Shown piece after piece: positions 8,271 through 18,052 of a DNA stretch of 58,173 bases. Position 1 is the first letter of the stretch. Every line of letters starts with the position of its first letter. Source of the stretch: a virus (lineage: Duplodnaviria > Caudoviricetes). A program made the translations under genes and the position numbers. The stretch spans positions 1 to 58,173 of IMG/VR virus record IMGVR_UViG_3300027741_000073; one strand, written 5' to 3'. Under the pieces are notes generated by a model. That model saw only the letters and a list, made by a program, of their open reading frames with translations. It was not told where the DNA came from and ran no database searches.

Positions 8271-10114
8271 GTAAATTACGCTTATGTGTAGACATTGAAA
8301 CAAACGGGTTTATGCCTACTGTAGACACCATCTGGTGCATGGTAGCTGTAGATGCTGACAACGGAAATGTCTACTCATTCTCTGACTATAATACTGAGTT
8401 ACCTTCTCTAAAGGAAGGCTTAGAGTTCATTAGTAAGGCAGACATTATCTTCGGTCATAACATTATTGGCTATGACTTGGTAGTGCTGGATCACCTTACT
8501 GGATGGTACCCGCCTGACAGTGTAAGGGTAATAGACACTTGGGTTATGTCTCAAACAAACCAATACAAACGAGATCACAAACATGGTCTCGAAGGTTGGG
8601 GTTCTAAATTAGGCTTTCCTAAGATAGAGTTTGAAGACTTCTCTAAGTACTCTAATGAGATGCTTACATACTGTATACGAGACGTTGAACTTAACGTTAA
8701 AGTATACAAGATACTTACAGCAGAGGCAACAAAGATCATTGGTAAGTTTCCAATGTATGCTAAGGGTTTAGAGGTAGAGAATCGCTTTGCAGCTATCGAA
8801 GCAGCCATACGTAATAAAGGCTGGAAGTTTGATATGGCAGGCGCACAAACACTTCTAATGAAAATTAACAATAAGATGGATCATATCGAGGCGATTCTCG
8901 AACCACGTATCGGTATGAGATGTATTAAGGTAGATAAGCCAGATGAGTTTAAAGAACCAGCATGGCGTAAAGATGGATGCTATACAGTAGCAACTGTTAA
9001 ACACTTTAGTATTGAACAAGAACGTGGTCGTACAGATCGCCCTATTGAGGGACCATATTGCCGTATCGCTTTTGAACAAGGCAAAGTAGGCAGCACAGAG
9101 GTCGTCAAAGACTATCTTTATTCTATAGGATGGGTTCCAGATGAATGGAACGTAGAAAAAATAAACGGAAAGTTTGTTAACAAGAGTCCTAAGATTACTG
9201 AATCTTCTCTGGAACTCTTAGGTACAGAGGCTATGCTCATCAGTGAGTACTATACTCTGCGAGCAAGAAAAGGTATATTAGAAGGATGGATAGATGCTGT
9301 TAAACAATCAAAAGATAACCGTCTTCATGGCAGGATGTGGACTATTGGCACTCCTACCTTTCGCTGTCGTCACGAGCTTGTTGCTAATTTGCCTAGTGTT
9401 GATTCAGCATACGGCAGAGAGATGCGTGCGCTTCTTATCTGCGAAGATGGAACAAGTATTGTGGGGGCAGACTCATCTGGCAACCAAATGCGTGGTCTAT
9501 GTCATTACATTAATAACGATGATTTTACTAATGAGGTAATCAATGGAGACGTGCATCAACGAAACGCTAACGCACTCGGTACTAGTAGGAAACTTGCTAA
9601 GCCTTTTCTTTATGCTTTCTTGTTTGGTGGTGGGGCGGGTAAACTTGGTCTCATACTATCGGGAAAAAGAGATGCTAAACTGGGACAAGAAGCTATCGGA
9701 AAGTTTGAGAACTCAATTCCAGGACTCAAGGAACTTAAAGACAGACTCATAGGACAGTATGAAAGAACATCTGCTGCCTTTGGATCTGACAATGCTTGGG
9801 TTAGAGGTCTTGATGGTCGTATAGTGTTTGTGAGTTCATCACATCAAGTGCTTAACTACATACTACAGACTACTGAGGGTATCACCTGTAAAGCAGCTGC
9901 TGTATACCTACAAGATAAGCTATGGGAAAGAAAGATACCACACTACTTTGCTCTACATTATCATGATGAAGTAGCTGTTGTAGTGCCTGAGAGCTATGAC
10001 CAAGAAGTAAAAGAACTAGCTATTGAAGCCTTTACAGAGGCTCCTAAATGGTTTGGTATTACATGCATGAGTGGTGGTGCTCATGTAGGAATTAATTATG
10101 CTGAGGTGCATTAA
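8267..10114 (+). CDS. family A DNA polymerase, T7 gp5-like, with 3'-5' exonuclease
   Basis: DIET, GHNIIGYD, YCIRDV exonuclease motifs; GADSSGNQMR, DVH, AKPFLYAFLFG, YHDE polymerase motifs. Confidence 0.95.
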   Translation: MSKLRLCVDIETNGFMPTVDTIWCMVAVDADNGNVYSFSDYNTELPSLKEGLEFISKADIIFGHNIIGYDLVVLDHLTGWYPPDSVRVIDTWVMSQTNQYKRDHKHGLEGWGSKLGFPKIEFEDFSKYSNEMLTYCIRDVELNVKVYKILTAEATKIIGKFPMYAKGLEVENRFAAIEAAIRNKGWKFDMAGAQTLLMKINNKMDHIEAILEPRIGMRCIKVDKPDEFKEPAWRKDGCYTVATVKHFSIEQERGRTDRPIEGPYCRIAFEQGKVGSTEVVKDYLYSIGWVPDEWNVEKINGKFVNKSPKITESSLELLGTEAMLISEYYTLRARKGILEGWIDAVKQSKDNRLHGRMWTIGTPTFRCRHELVANLPSVDSAYGREMRALLICEDGTSIVGADSSGNQMRGLCHYINNDDFTNEVINGDVHQRNANALGTSRKLAKPFLYAFLFGGGAGKLGLILSGKRDAKLGQEAIGKFENSIPGLKELKDRLIGQYERTSAAFGSDNAWVRGLDGRIVFVSSSHQVLNYILQTTEGITCKAAAVYLQDKLWERKIPHYFALHYHDEVAVVVPESYDQEVKELAIEAFTEAPKWFGITCMSGGAHVGINYAEVH

Positions 10115-10968
10115 TGATTGAACAAGAAGATTGCTTTGACTTAGCGATCATTGATGTAGACAGTATTCTATATCAAATCGCTTATACTACCCCTTCACCA
10201 GCTCTCTGTAAAAAACATCTAGACGAAGCTCTAGATAATATTATGGAGAAGACTGGTGCAGCGGATGGACTAGTGTTTATGAAGGGTAAAAATAACTTTA
10301 GATATCAGGTAGACCCTGAATATAAAGGTACTCGTAAAGACACTATTGAACCTGAAGTTAAAGAACGTATTGAGATGCTCTATGAGTATGCCAAAGACTT
10401 TTGTATAGCGTCACATGGTGCTGAAGCAGATGATCTATGTGGTGTATATGCTCGTACTGCTCTTGACAATGGAGAGACATACATCATATGTCATATCGAT
10501 AAAGACTTAAATGGTCTTACTGGTTGGCACTATAACTTTAGAAATCACAAGCTATATTATGTTAGTGACTCCGAAGCATATAGGTTCTTGATGATGCAAG
10601 TTCTTACTGGAGACTCAACAGATAACATTCAAGGTCTACGTGGTATAGGTGAAAAGACAGCCATTAAGCTGACTAAAGATACACCTAATACCCGACTGTG
10701 GGATAGGGTTATTGAGATCTGGAAAGACAAACAACCAGAAACATGGTACAATAACTTCGTTAAATGCGCTAACTGTATTTACATTCGAGAGTTCAATGAT
10801 GATCTCCGACCCTTAAGCTTTGAAGAACTAAAAGAAAGACTTACATGGACAGAGACTACGGACACTGGTACCCTCTCTCAGACAGACCAGCTGACGCCTT
10901 CGGATTCATCTACGCCATTATCAACCTCCAAACAGGAAGAAGATACATCGGCAGAAAGCAGCTCATAA
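10114..10968 (+). CDS. 5'-3' exonuclease (T7 gp6 / RNase H-like)
   Basis: IIDVD, NFR...YKGTR, EADD, DKDL, GDSTDNIQGL.GIG motifs. Confidence 0.9.
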   Translation: MIEQEDCFDLAIIDVDSILYQIAYTTPSPALCKKHLDEALDNIMEKTGAADGLVFMKGKNNFRYQVDPEYKGTRKDTIEPEVKERIEMLYEYAKDFCIASHGAEADDLCGVYARTALDNGETYIICHIDKDLNGLTGWHYNFRNHKLYYVSDSEAYRFLMMQVLTGDSTDNIQGLRGIGEKTAIKLTKDTPNTRLWDRVIEIWKDKQPETWYNNFVKCANCIYIREFNDDLRPLSFEELKERLTWTETTDTGTLSQTDQLTPSDSSTPLSTSKQEEDTSAESSS

Positions 10969-11273
10969 GTGTATCAAGAAAACTATTATCTGGAAACAAA
11001 AGAAGAACTGTTATCCGCAAGGAATCTGATTGGAAACATTACAAGTCCTCCTGCCGAGAGTTGCTTGATGATATTGAAGTCTACGGACTTGAAAGCTTTA
11101 CATTCGTTATCTACCGCTGGTGCATTGGTCCAGGAGATCTTACATACAGCGAAGTTAATGAGCAGTGGCAATGTGAGGTTCTGTCAAGAGATGAAACACC
11201 TGATGGAGAGCGTCTCTGGTACAACGGTAACATCGGAGCTGTCAAGTTTTTAAAACCTAAGTCTTATGATTAA
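10845..11273 (+). CDS. GIY-YIG endonuclease (T4 DenA / Seg-like)
   Basis: GFIY.I.N..TGRRYIGRK...SDW..Y.SS...E...WYN.NI. Confidence 0.85.
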   Translation: MDRDYGHWYPLSDRPADAFGFIYAIINLQTGRRYIGRKQLISVSRKLLSGNKRRTVIRKESDWKHYKSSCRELLDDIEVYGLESFTFVIYRWCIGPGDLTYSEVNEQWQCEVLSRDETPDGERLWYNGNIGAVKFLKPKSYD

Positions 11274-11418
11274 GAAACCAAAACCATTAACCAATGATGA
11301 ACCATCTTTAAAGGATGAGTTTAAAGATCAATTCAAAAAGAAAAAGGAAACACAGAAGCAAGCAAAAGAACGTAGAAAATTCATTCGTGAGCTAAGAGAA
11401 GATAGAGACTGGAGCTAA
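11266..11418 (+). CDS. small basic hypothetical protein (50 aa)
   Basis: Read by hand; fills the gap before the primase gene. Confidence 0.55.
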   Translation: MIKKPKPLTNDEPSLKDEFKDQFKKKKETQKQAKERRKFIRELREDRDWS

Positions 11419-11419
11419 C

Positions 11420-13024
11420 ATGTCTAGATGGATACATGCACCATGCCCTAAATGTTCGTCATCAGACGCATTTAGCTATAAAGAAGATGATGAATTTGGT
11501 TTCTGTTTTAGTTGCCAAAAATCCTCACCTATTAACCCTAACCACAAACCAACTGAATATCACAAAGAGAACTACTCAATGCACACACTAGAGGAAATTA
11601 AAGAATATGACACTCGTGGATTTAAAGAACGTGGTATTACAAAAGCTACAGCAGCTCACTATGGAGTTAAAGTATCGTACGCAGAGGACGGTACTATTGC
11701 TAGCCATTTTTATCCTTACACTAAGGATGGAGTGGTCGTGGCATACAAAGAGAGAAAGTTACCTAAAACATTTGTCATCCATGGCAACTTTAAAGACATC
11801 CAGTTCTTTGGTCAAGCAACGGTTACTGGAGGAAAGAGGATTATTATCTGTGAAGGCGAACTCGATGCCCTCGCTGTGGCGCAAGCGCAGTATGACAAGT
11901 ATCAACGATACTACCCCTCCGTGGCCATTCCCTCGGCATCAGCAACCGCGTTAATCCTTGAACAACGTGAGTGGTTAAGAAACTTTGATGAAGTAGTTCT
12001 TATGTTTGACTCCGATGAAGCAGGACAAAAGGCTACTCAACAAGCGGCTAAGATAATTGGCTACGATAAAGTAAAGGTAGCTAGTCTACCCGAAAAAGAT
12101 CCTTGTGATGTACTAATCAAACAAGGTAGTGCTACACTAATGAGCTGTATCTTTGATGCAAGATCATATAGCCCTTCTGACGTTGTTAAAGGTGAAGCTG
12201 TATGGGAACAATTCAAACTTAAACAGAACACTGTATCATTAGCTTATCCTGAATGTCTCAAGACACTCAATGAGAAGCTCTATGGTATGCGTCTGGGTGA
12301 GATTGTTTTGTTCACATCAGGTACTGGCTCAGGTAAGTCAACTGTTATTAAAGAAATCGTAATGGAAATTCTTGACAAGACTACTGACATGGTTGGTATG
12401 GTCTCTCTTGAAGAGTCTGTTGGTGATACAGCAGAAAAGTTTATTGGTATGCAACTTAAGAAAAATCTTAAGACAGATAATGTTACCGAAGAAGAACAGT
12501 ATACAGCCTTTAAAACTATCTTTGGTGATGAACGCTTAGTGCTGTTAGATCACCAAGGTTCTGTTAGTGATGAATCACTCATAGATAAGTTAGAACACTT
12601 AGCCTTGATGGGCTGTAAGTATATCATCTTAGATCACATTACTATCGCTGTATCCGAAGGTGCTAAAGGTAAAACAGGTAATGAAGCAGTTGACTCCTTC
12701 ATGTCTGACTTACTTAAGATCACTAAGAAACACAACATCTGGCTTGGTGTTGTGTCTCACTTGCGTAAAGGTGAGAAGCCCTTTGAAGAAGGTCATATGC
12801 CTTCTATAGATGACATCAAAGGCTCAGGCTCTATTAAGCAGATTAGCTTTGACATCATTGCTTTTTGTCGCAACATGGTAGCTGACTCGGAAACTCTCCG
12901 TAACACTATCAGACTTCGAGTTTTAAAGTCTCGATTTACTGGTCGCACTGGTGACTGCGGTAATACATCGTATGACACAAACACTGGACGTCTTAAACAA
13001 ACTTCATTTGTAGACTTCGAATAA
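11420..13024 (+). CDS. primase-helicase (T7 gp4-like)
   Basis: Zn finger CPKC...CFSC, TOPRIM EGELD / FDSDEAG, Walker A GTGSGKS, IILDHI, GSGSIKQ, KSRFTG. Confidence 0.95.
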   Translation: MSRWIHAPCPKCSSSDAFSYKEDDEFGFCFSCQKSSPINPNHKPTEYHKENYSMHTLEEIKEYDTRGFKERGITKATAAHYGVKVSYAEDGTIASHFYPYTKDGVVVAYKERKLPKTFVIHGNFKDIQFFGQATVTGGKRIIICEGELDALAVAQAQYDKYQRYYPSVAIPSASATALILEQREWLRNFDEVVLMFDSDEAGQKATQQAAKIIGYDKVKVASLPEKDPCDVLIKQGSATLMSCIFDARSYSPSDVVKGEAVWEQFKLKQNTVSLAYPECLKTLNEKLYGMRLGEIVLFTSGTGSGKSTVIKEIVMEILDKTTDMVGMVSLEESVGDTAEKFIGMQLKKNLKTDNVTEEEQYTAFKTIFGDERLVLLDHQGSVSDESLIDKLEHLALMGCKYIILDHITIAVSEGAKGKTGNEAVDSFMSDLLKITKKHNIWLGVVSHLRKGEKPFEEGHMPSIDDIKGSGSIKQISFDIIAFCRNMVADSETLRNTIRLRVLKSRFTGRTGDCGNTSYDTNTGRLKQTSFVDFE

Positions 13025-15225
13025 TGAATCCACTCCAATATCTTTCTGAACGTGTATCCAAGGTAGTAATTAATTCAGACAAGATCTTTAATGAGGGTGC
13101 GCGTCTCCTTGCACATCACCCTACATGGGAATATGATCTTGAAAGATTTATTAATGAATCATGGGACACACTACTGCGATACTGCATACGTAACAAGAAT
13201 GCTACGCACAGTGCTTCAGTTAAACTCACCTTCGCATCTGATCTTATTGGGAAAAGAATTGCAAGGGCTATTGGCATTGATGAACACAACATCAAATCCA
13301 CCCTCTCTCTGGGAGATATTTTCCTTGAAACGTTCTTACAAGACGGTCTAATAGATATCTTTAGAGAGTATGAAGGTCGTAAAGCCCCTTACATGGTGCG
13401 TATTGTTAATCAAACAGATGACGTTAAGCCTACGCTTATCGGTACTTCATTTGAACCTCTGCTGCCTATTGCTGGGCTATACAGCAACCTTACTAAAGAA
13501 CCATTCATTAAAGGATGGACTAACAGCAAACTATTTCATGAGTATTTAAGTAAACCTTTTATTAAAAGTATGGAAACATTACGCCAACAACCTTGGTCGT
13601 TAAACCTACCTCTGTTAAAGGCTATGGAAGAGAATCATCCTACCGAAATACTTGAACTAGTAGATGCTGATGGTGAGATATACAAATATAATATCCACCA
13701 TGAAAACCTACACTTACCTAAGAAACTTAATCATATAGATGGTACAAAGTTCTTTGGTAAGAAAGACCCTAAGCTACAAAGACTTATAAGTAAATACTTT
13801 GAGTACAGTCAAGTAATAAAGAAAGCACAGCTAGTTGGTAATAGAACTTTCTATCAAGAAGTATCTTGCGACTATCGTGGACGAGTCTACTATGCAGAAT
13901 CATTCCTTGAGTTTCAAGGTAGTGACTTAGCACGTAGTCTCTTTTTATTCGCTAACAAAAAAGAAATGACTGATAAAGGTTTCTTTTGGCTTAAGGTTCA
14001 TACAGCAGCTTGCTATAATAAGTCATTCAACATTAATGATATGCCATCCTATTTCAGTACAGACTACAAGACGTACTTACAAGAAGAAGGTCTTGATACC
14101 ATATCATTAGACAAAATGACTCTTGAAGATAGAGCTGCATGGGTAGATAATAATATGGATAAGATTAGTAACATAGCTAGTCATGATGCTATAGATATGT
14201 CTGCTGAAAAGCCTTTTAGTTTGTTAGCATGTTGCTATGAAATCAAGAACTATATTAGAGCTAAGTCTGAAGGTAACTCCTACATGTCTGGCTTTCCTAT
14301 ACCTATTGATGGTAGTAATAATGGTTGGCAACATCTGGCTGCTATGTCTAAAGATAAACAAGCAGGTACCTTAGTGTCCTTGGTACCTACTCTTATTCAG
14401 AAAGACTTTTACGTAGCTGTTGCTAAAGAACTTATCAAGACTATGCCTGAGTGGTTTGAAGAAAAACAAATGCCTATGAAGCATATCCGTAAGGGTATTG
14501 CTAAACGAGGTTCAATGACTCGAGCATATAGTGCTGGTAAGAAGCGTATAGCTAAAAACATGTACGATGACTGTCATGTAGAAGGTTATACTGTTAAGTA
14601 CAACATAGACCAGGATCAATGTGACGTTCTAGCTGGTAACCTTATTAAGGCTATCAATGAAGTATGTGCTGGTCCACTTAAGACAACTAAATATCTTCAA
14701 AAGATTGCAGAACATGAACTCAACTCAAATAGAAATCACCTTGCTTGGCATACTCCTTCTGGTTTCCCTGTTATTTATAAAGCTTACCTTCAGCACGAAC
14801 GTAAACAAAGAGGTACAATACGGGGTATTCAAGGAAATAAAGATGGTCGTGTCATGCACGTTATTAAAGTGGATGTCCTCAATAAAGAGACTGGCGAACG
14901 AGTACCATGCCGTAGGAGTTATGCTTCGGGTATCAGTCCTAATGTTGTACATTCCTATGATGCTGCTCACATGGCTAATACTGTTGTTGGCTTCAACGGT
15001 AGCTTTGGTGCTGTCCATGATTCGTTTAGTACCCATGCTGATGAGGTGGATTTTCTACAAGAAATAACTAAGATAACCTTTGTTGCTCAATATGATATTG
15101 AAAACTTCTTTAACCTACTACAAGACACTCTTATGGAGAATAAAGAATTATTCACTTTCCCTCAGCCAGTAACAGGAAGCTTAAACCTACAAGAGGTTTA
15201 TAATTCAAAGTATTTCTTTTGCTAA
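13024..15225 (+). CDS. single-subunit T7-type DNA-directed RNA polymerase (733 aa)
   Basis: DYRGRVY, PIDGSNNGWQH, RKGIAKRGSMTRAYS, PNVVHSYDA, AVHDSF. Confidence 0.95.
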   Translation: MNPLQYLSERVSKVVINSDKIFNEGARLLAHHPTWEYDLERFINESWDTLLRYCIRNKNATHSASVKLTFASDLIGKRIARAIGIDEHNIKSTLSLGDIFLETFLQDGLIDIFREYEGRKAPYMVRIVNQTDDVKPTLIGTSFEPLLPIAGLYSNLTKEPFIKGWTNSKLFHEYLSKPFIKSMETLRQQPWSLNLPLLKAMEENHPTEILELVDADGEIYKYNIHHENLHLPKKLNHIDGTKFFGKKDPKLQRLISKYFEYSQVIKKAQLVGNRTFYQEVSCDYRGRVYYAESFLEFQGSDLARSLFLFANKKEMTDKGFFWLKVHTAACYNKSFNINDMPSYFSTDYKTYLQEEGLDTISLDKMTLEDRAAWVDNNMDKISNIASHDAIDMSAEKPFSLLACCYEIKNYIRAKSEGNSYMSGFPIPIDGSNNGWQHLAAMSKDKQAGTLVSLVPTLIQKDFYVAVAKELIKTMPEWFEEKQMPMKHIRKGIAKRGSMTRAYSAGKKRIAKNMYDDCHVEGYTVKYNIDQDQCDVLAGNLIKAINEVCAGPLKTTKYLQKIAEHELNSNRNHLAWHTPSGFPVIYKAYLQHERKQRGTIRGIQGNKDGRVMHVIKVDVLNKETGERVPCRRSYASGISPNVVHSYDAAHMANTVVGFNGSFGAVHDSFSTHADEVDFLQEITKITFVAQYDIENFFNLLQDTLMENKELFTFPQPVTGSLNLQEVYNSKYFFC

Positions 15226-15227
15226 AG

Positions 15228-15246
15228 AGTCGGTACCTAATACCGA
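15228..15246 (+). promoter_or_regulatory. putative phage RNAP promoter (AGTCGGTACCTAATAC) upstream of the RNR gene
   Basis: Intergenic copy of the recurrent motif. Confidence 0.7.
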
Positions 15247-15271
15247 ACAACAATAATTAACAAGGACATTA

Positions 15272-17146
15272 ATGAACTCATATCAAGAACTAATCGCTAA
15301 ATCCCGCTATGCTCGATACCTACCTGAAAAGAATCGTAGAGAGAACTGGGGTGAAACAGCTGATCGATGGATCTCTTTCTTTAAAGAACAACTTAAAGAC
15401 ACAATACCTGTACATGACTCTGTATGGCCTTGCTTAGAGAATGAGATAAAAAGTTTAAACTCTCTTCCTTCTATGCGTTCTATTATGACTGCTGGGGAAG
15501 CCCTTACCCGAACTAACGTTGCAGCATACAATTGTAGCTATCTTCCTATAGATCATCCGCGTTGTTTTGATGAGGCCATGTACATCCTATTATGTGGTAC
15601 TGGCGTGGGCTTCTCGTGTGAAAACCAATATACTTCTTTATTACCTGATGTTCCTATTTTAATTAACAGTGATAAAATTATTACTGTAGAAGATAGTAAA
15701 GAAGGCTGGTGTGAAGCGTATAAATTATTAATAGCTCGTCTATATGCTGGTCAGATCTCTCAGTGGGATGTATCCTTAGTACGTCCAGCAGGAGCGCCAC
15801 TAAAGACTTTTGGTGGTAGAGCTTCTGGTCCAGGACCTTTGATTGATTTGTTTAACTACACTGTAAACAAGTTTAAACAAGCTTCTGGTCGTAAACTATC
15901 TGCTATTGAATGTCACGATATCATGTGTAAGATTGGTGAAGTAGTTGTTGTAGGTGGTGTACGTAGGTCAGCAATGATTTCATTAGGTGACTTAGGTAAC
16001 TATGACCATGCTACTGCTAAGACAGGTACTTGGTGGGAAAAATATGGTGAACGTGCATTAGCTAATAACTCAGCCGTATACCAAACAAAACCTTCTATTG
16101 GTGAGTTTATGAAGGAATGGTTAGATATATACAACAGTCACTCAGGTGAACGTGGTATCTTTAACCGTGAAGCCTCTCAAAAGCAAGCAGCTAAGTGGGG
16201 TCGTAGAGAGTTCAATGTACAGTATGGTACTAACCCTTGTTCAGAGATTATTCTTAAGCCATATCAGTTCTGTAACCTTTCAACTGTAGTTGTTACTGCT
16301 GATGATACTTTAGATACTCTCCGAACTAAGGTACGCTATGCTACTATTATGGGTACTATGCAGTCTACCCTTACTCACTTCCCTTATCTCCGTGATGTAT
16401 GGAAACAGAACACTGAACAAGAACGCTTGTTAGGTGTATCTATGACTGGTATCCTAGACAATCCTATCTTACGTGGTGAGGGTAAGCTTACCTTACAAAC
16501 AGTGCTTGAAATACTTCAAAAAGAAGCTCGTGATACTAATGAGCAATGGGCTGCAATGCTAGGTATCTCTGCTTCAGCAGCTATTACATGCGTTAAGCCT
16601 GAAGGTACTGTATCTCAATTAACCCTTACCTCAAGTGGTATCCATGCTGGACATGCACCACACTATATCCGTCGTATCCGTCAAGATAAGAAAGATCCAT
16701 TAACACAGTTCTTAATTGAACAAGGTGTTAACCATGAAGACTGTGTAATGAAGCCTGACCAAACAACTGTGTTCAGCTTCCCTATGAAGTCTACTGGATA
16801 TACTCGTAATGATTTAACTGCTCTTCAGCATTTAAAGATTTGGTTAGCTTACCAACGCCACTGGTGTGAACACAAACCTTCTGTTACTATCTCTGTTAAA
16901 GAACATGAATGGATGGAGGTAGGTGCATGGGTATACGAACACTTTGATGAGTGTACTGGTATTTCTTTCTTACCTGATGATGGTGGAACTTATCGTCAAG
17001 CTCCATATGAAACAATTGATTCATCTGTTTACAAACGTCTTTTAGATACACAACCAGAAGTTAACTGGGAACTGTTTACTGAAGACCGTGATAACGTAGA
17101 GGGTGCTCAAACATTAGCATGTACTGCTGGAGGATGTGAAATATGA
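15272..17146 (+). CDS. nrdJ: class II (adenosylcobalamin-dependent) ribonucleotide reductase
   Basis: YNCSY, GTGVGFS, GGVRRSA, TNPCSEI, VKPEGTVS, C-terminal CTAGGC; no beta-subunit gene in the genome. Confidence 0.9.
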   Translation: MNSYQELIAKSRYARYLPEKNRRENWGETADRWISFFKEQLKDTIPVHDSVWPCLENEIKSLNSLPSMRSIMTAGEALTRTNVAAYNCSYLPIDHPRCFDEAMYILLCGTGVGFSCENQYTSLLPDVPILINSDKIITVEDSKEGWCEAYKLLIARLYAGQISQWDVSLVRPAGAPLKTFGGRASGPGPLIDLFNYTVNKFKQASGRKLSAIECHDIMCKIGEVVVVGGVRRSAMISLGDLGNYDHATAKTGTWWEKYGERALANNSAVYQTKPSIGEFMKEWLDIYNSHSGERGIFNREASQKQAAKWGRREFNVQYGTNPCSEIILKPYQFCNLSTVVVTADDTLDTLRTKVRYATIMGTMQSTLTHFPYLRDVWKQNTEQERLLGVSMTGILDNPILRGEGKLTLQTVLEILQKEARDTNEQWAAMLGISASAAITCVKPEGTVSQLTLTSSGIHAGHAPHYIRRIRQDKKDPLTQFLIEQGVNHEDCVMKPDQTTVFSFPMKSTGYTRNDLTALQHLKIWLAYQRHWCEHKPSVTISVKEHEWMEVGAWVYEHFDECTGISFLPDDGGTYRQAPYETIDSSVYKRLLDTQPEVNWELFTEDRDNVEGAQTLACTAGGCEI

Positions 17147-17403
17147 ATAAACTAATTAAGATATATGCTGACTGGTGTGGTCCATGTAAGATTATGGATA
17201 GTATTCTTAAAGACATTAATCTTAAAGAGTTTAACACAACACTTGAGCCAGTTAATATAGACAATAGTAAAGAAATAGCTGTTAAATACAACGTAAAAAG
17301 TATACCCTTCTTTGCTCTTGAAGACTCTGAGGGTAACCTTTTACGCACCGCTATAGGTGCTATGACTCTTAAAGAAACAAGAGACTTTCTAGTAGGTACC
17401 TAA
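17143..17403 (+). CDS. trxA: thioredoxin
   Basis: YADWCGPCK active site; V.SIP cis-Pro loop. Confidence 0.9.
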   Translation: MNKLIKIYADWCGPCKIMDSILKDINLKEFNTTLEPVNIDNSKEIAVKYNVKSIPFFALEDSEGNLLRTAIGAMTLKETRDFLVGT

Positions 17404-17406
17404 TAG
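17391..17406 (+). promoter_or_regulatory. putative phage RNAP promoter (AGTAGGTACCTAATAG)
   Basis: 15/16 match to the consensus; overlaps the thioredoxin stop, upstream of the Dps operon. Confidence 0.65.
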
Positions 17407-17423
17407 TAAACAACCAAGGATGA

Positions 17424-17567
17424 ATGATGAGATACGAGATACGATGGGCTAACGGATACTGGAGGGTGTTTGATACATTTACTTACTCTACAGTACGTCT
17501 AGTAGGAACATACAACGAGTGTAATGAACATGTTAAGTTCTCTAACTCTAACAGGATTAAGGGATGA
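17424..17567 (+). CDS. small hypothetical protein
   Basis: Read by hand; AAGGA immediately upstream. Confidence 0.5.
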   Translation: MMRYEIRWANGYWRVFDTFTYSTVRLVGTYNECNEHVKFSNSNRIKG

Positions 17568-17568
17568 T

Positions 17569-17916
17569 ATGGAAGCAAAGATTAAAAAGCCTAGAGATTA
17601 CTACTCTAGAACATTCCTCAACAGAGACAAAGGAAGTGCTCACACTATTGCTCAAGGATCTTTTGATAGCTGGTCTTTTGATGGGTCATTTCTTGTTGCT
17701 GACTGTAACCGCCACGCTACTATTGAGTTCTTTTCTTTCAACTTAAAAGAGTATAAAACTAATTACATTAAAGTACTTAAAATGCTTAACGAGTTAGAAG
17801 CTCTTCGTGACTACATGGAGAAGAACGAAGCATATGCTGCACAAGTATTTACAGCAAAGAAAAAGAAAATTGATAGTAAAACATTTAACTTAGCCGAGGT
17901 ACTAGATGATAAGTGA
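17569..17916 (+). CDS. hypothetical protein
   Basis: Start placed at MEAKIKK after AAGGGA. Confidence 0.7.
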   Translation: MEAKIKKPRDYYSRTFLNRDKGSAHTIAQGSFDSWSFDGSFLVADCNRHATIEFFSFNLKEYKTNYIKVLKMLNELEALRDYMEKNEAYAAQVFTAKKKKIDSKTFNLAEVLDDK

Positions 17917-18052
17917 AATTGATATTGAACATCTCTGGGAAGAACCTATAACAGATGAAGTTGAAGAGTATGAAACTAATAAACCTATTGACATTAGATT
18001 CCCTTTAGGCTTATACGATTTAGCATTAACTATGAGATGGAATTATGAATAA
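17906..18052 (+). CDS. small acidic hypothetical protein
   Basis: Read by hand; GAGGT RBS; overlaps both neighbours. Confidence 0.5.
   Translation: MISEIDIEHLWEEPITDEVEEYETNKPIDIRFPLGLYDLALTMRWNYE

Noticed and set aside
4782-14395. Other GGTACC sites (about 4786, 8505, 10867, 14365, 14382) as promoters
   Set aside because: They lie inside genes and lack the flanking AGTC / TAATAG context
15230-15246. Hairpin TCGGTA-CCTAA-TACCGA as a general feature of the promoter class
   Set aside because: Only this copy forms it, so it is not a conserved structure
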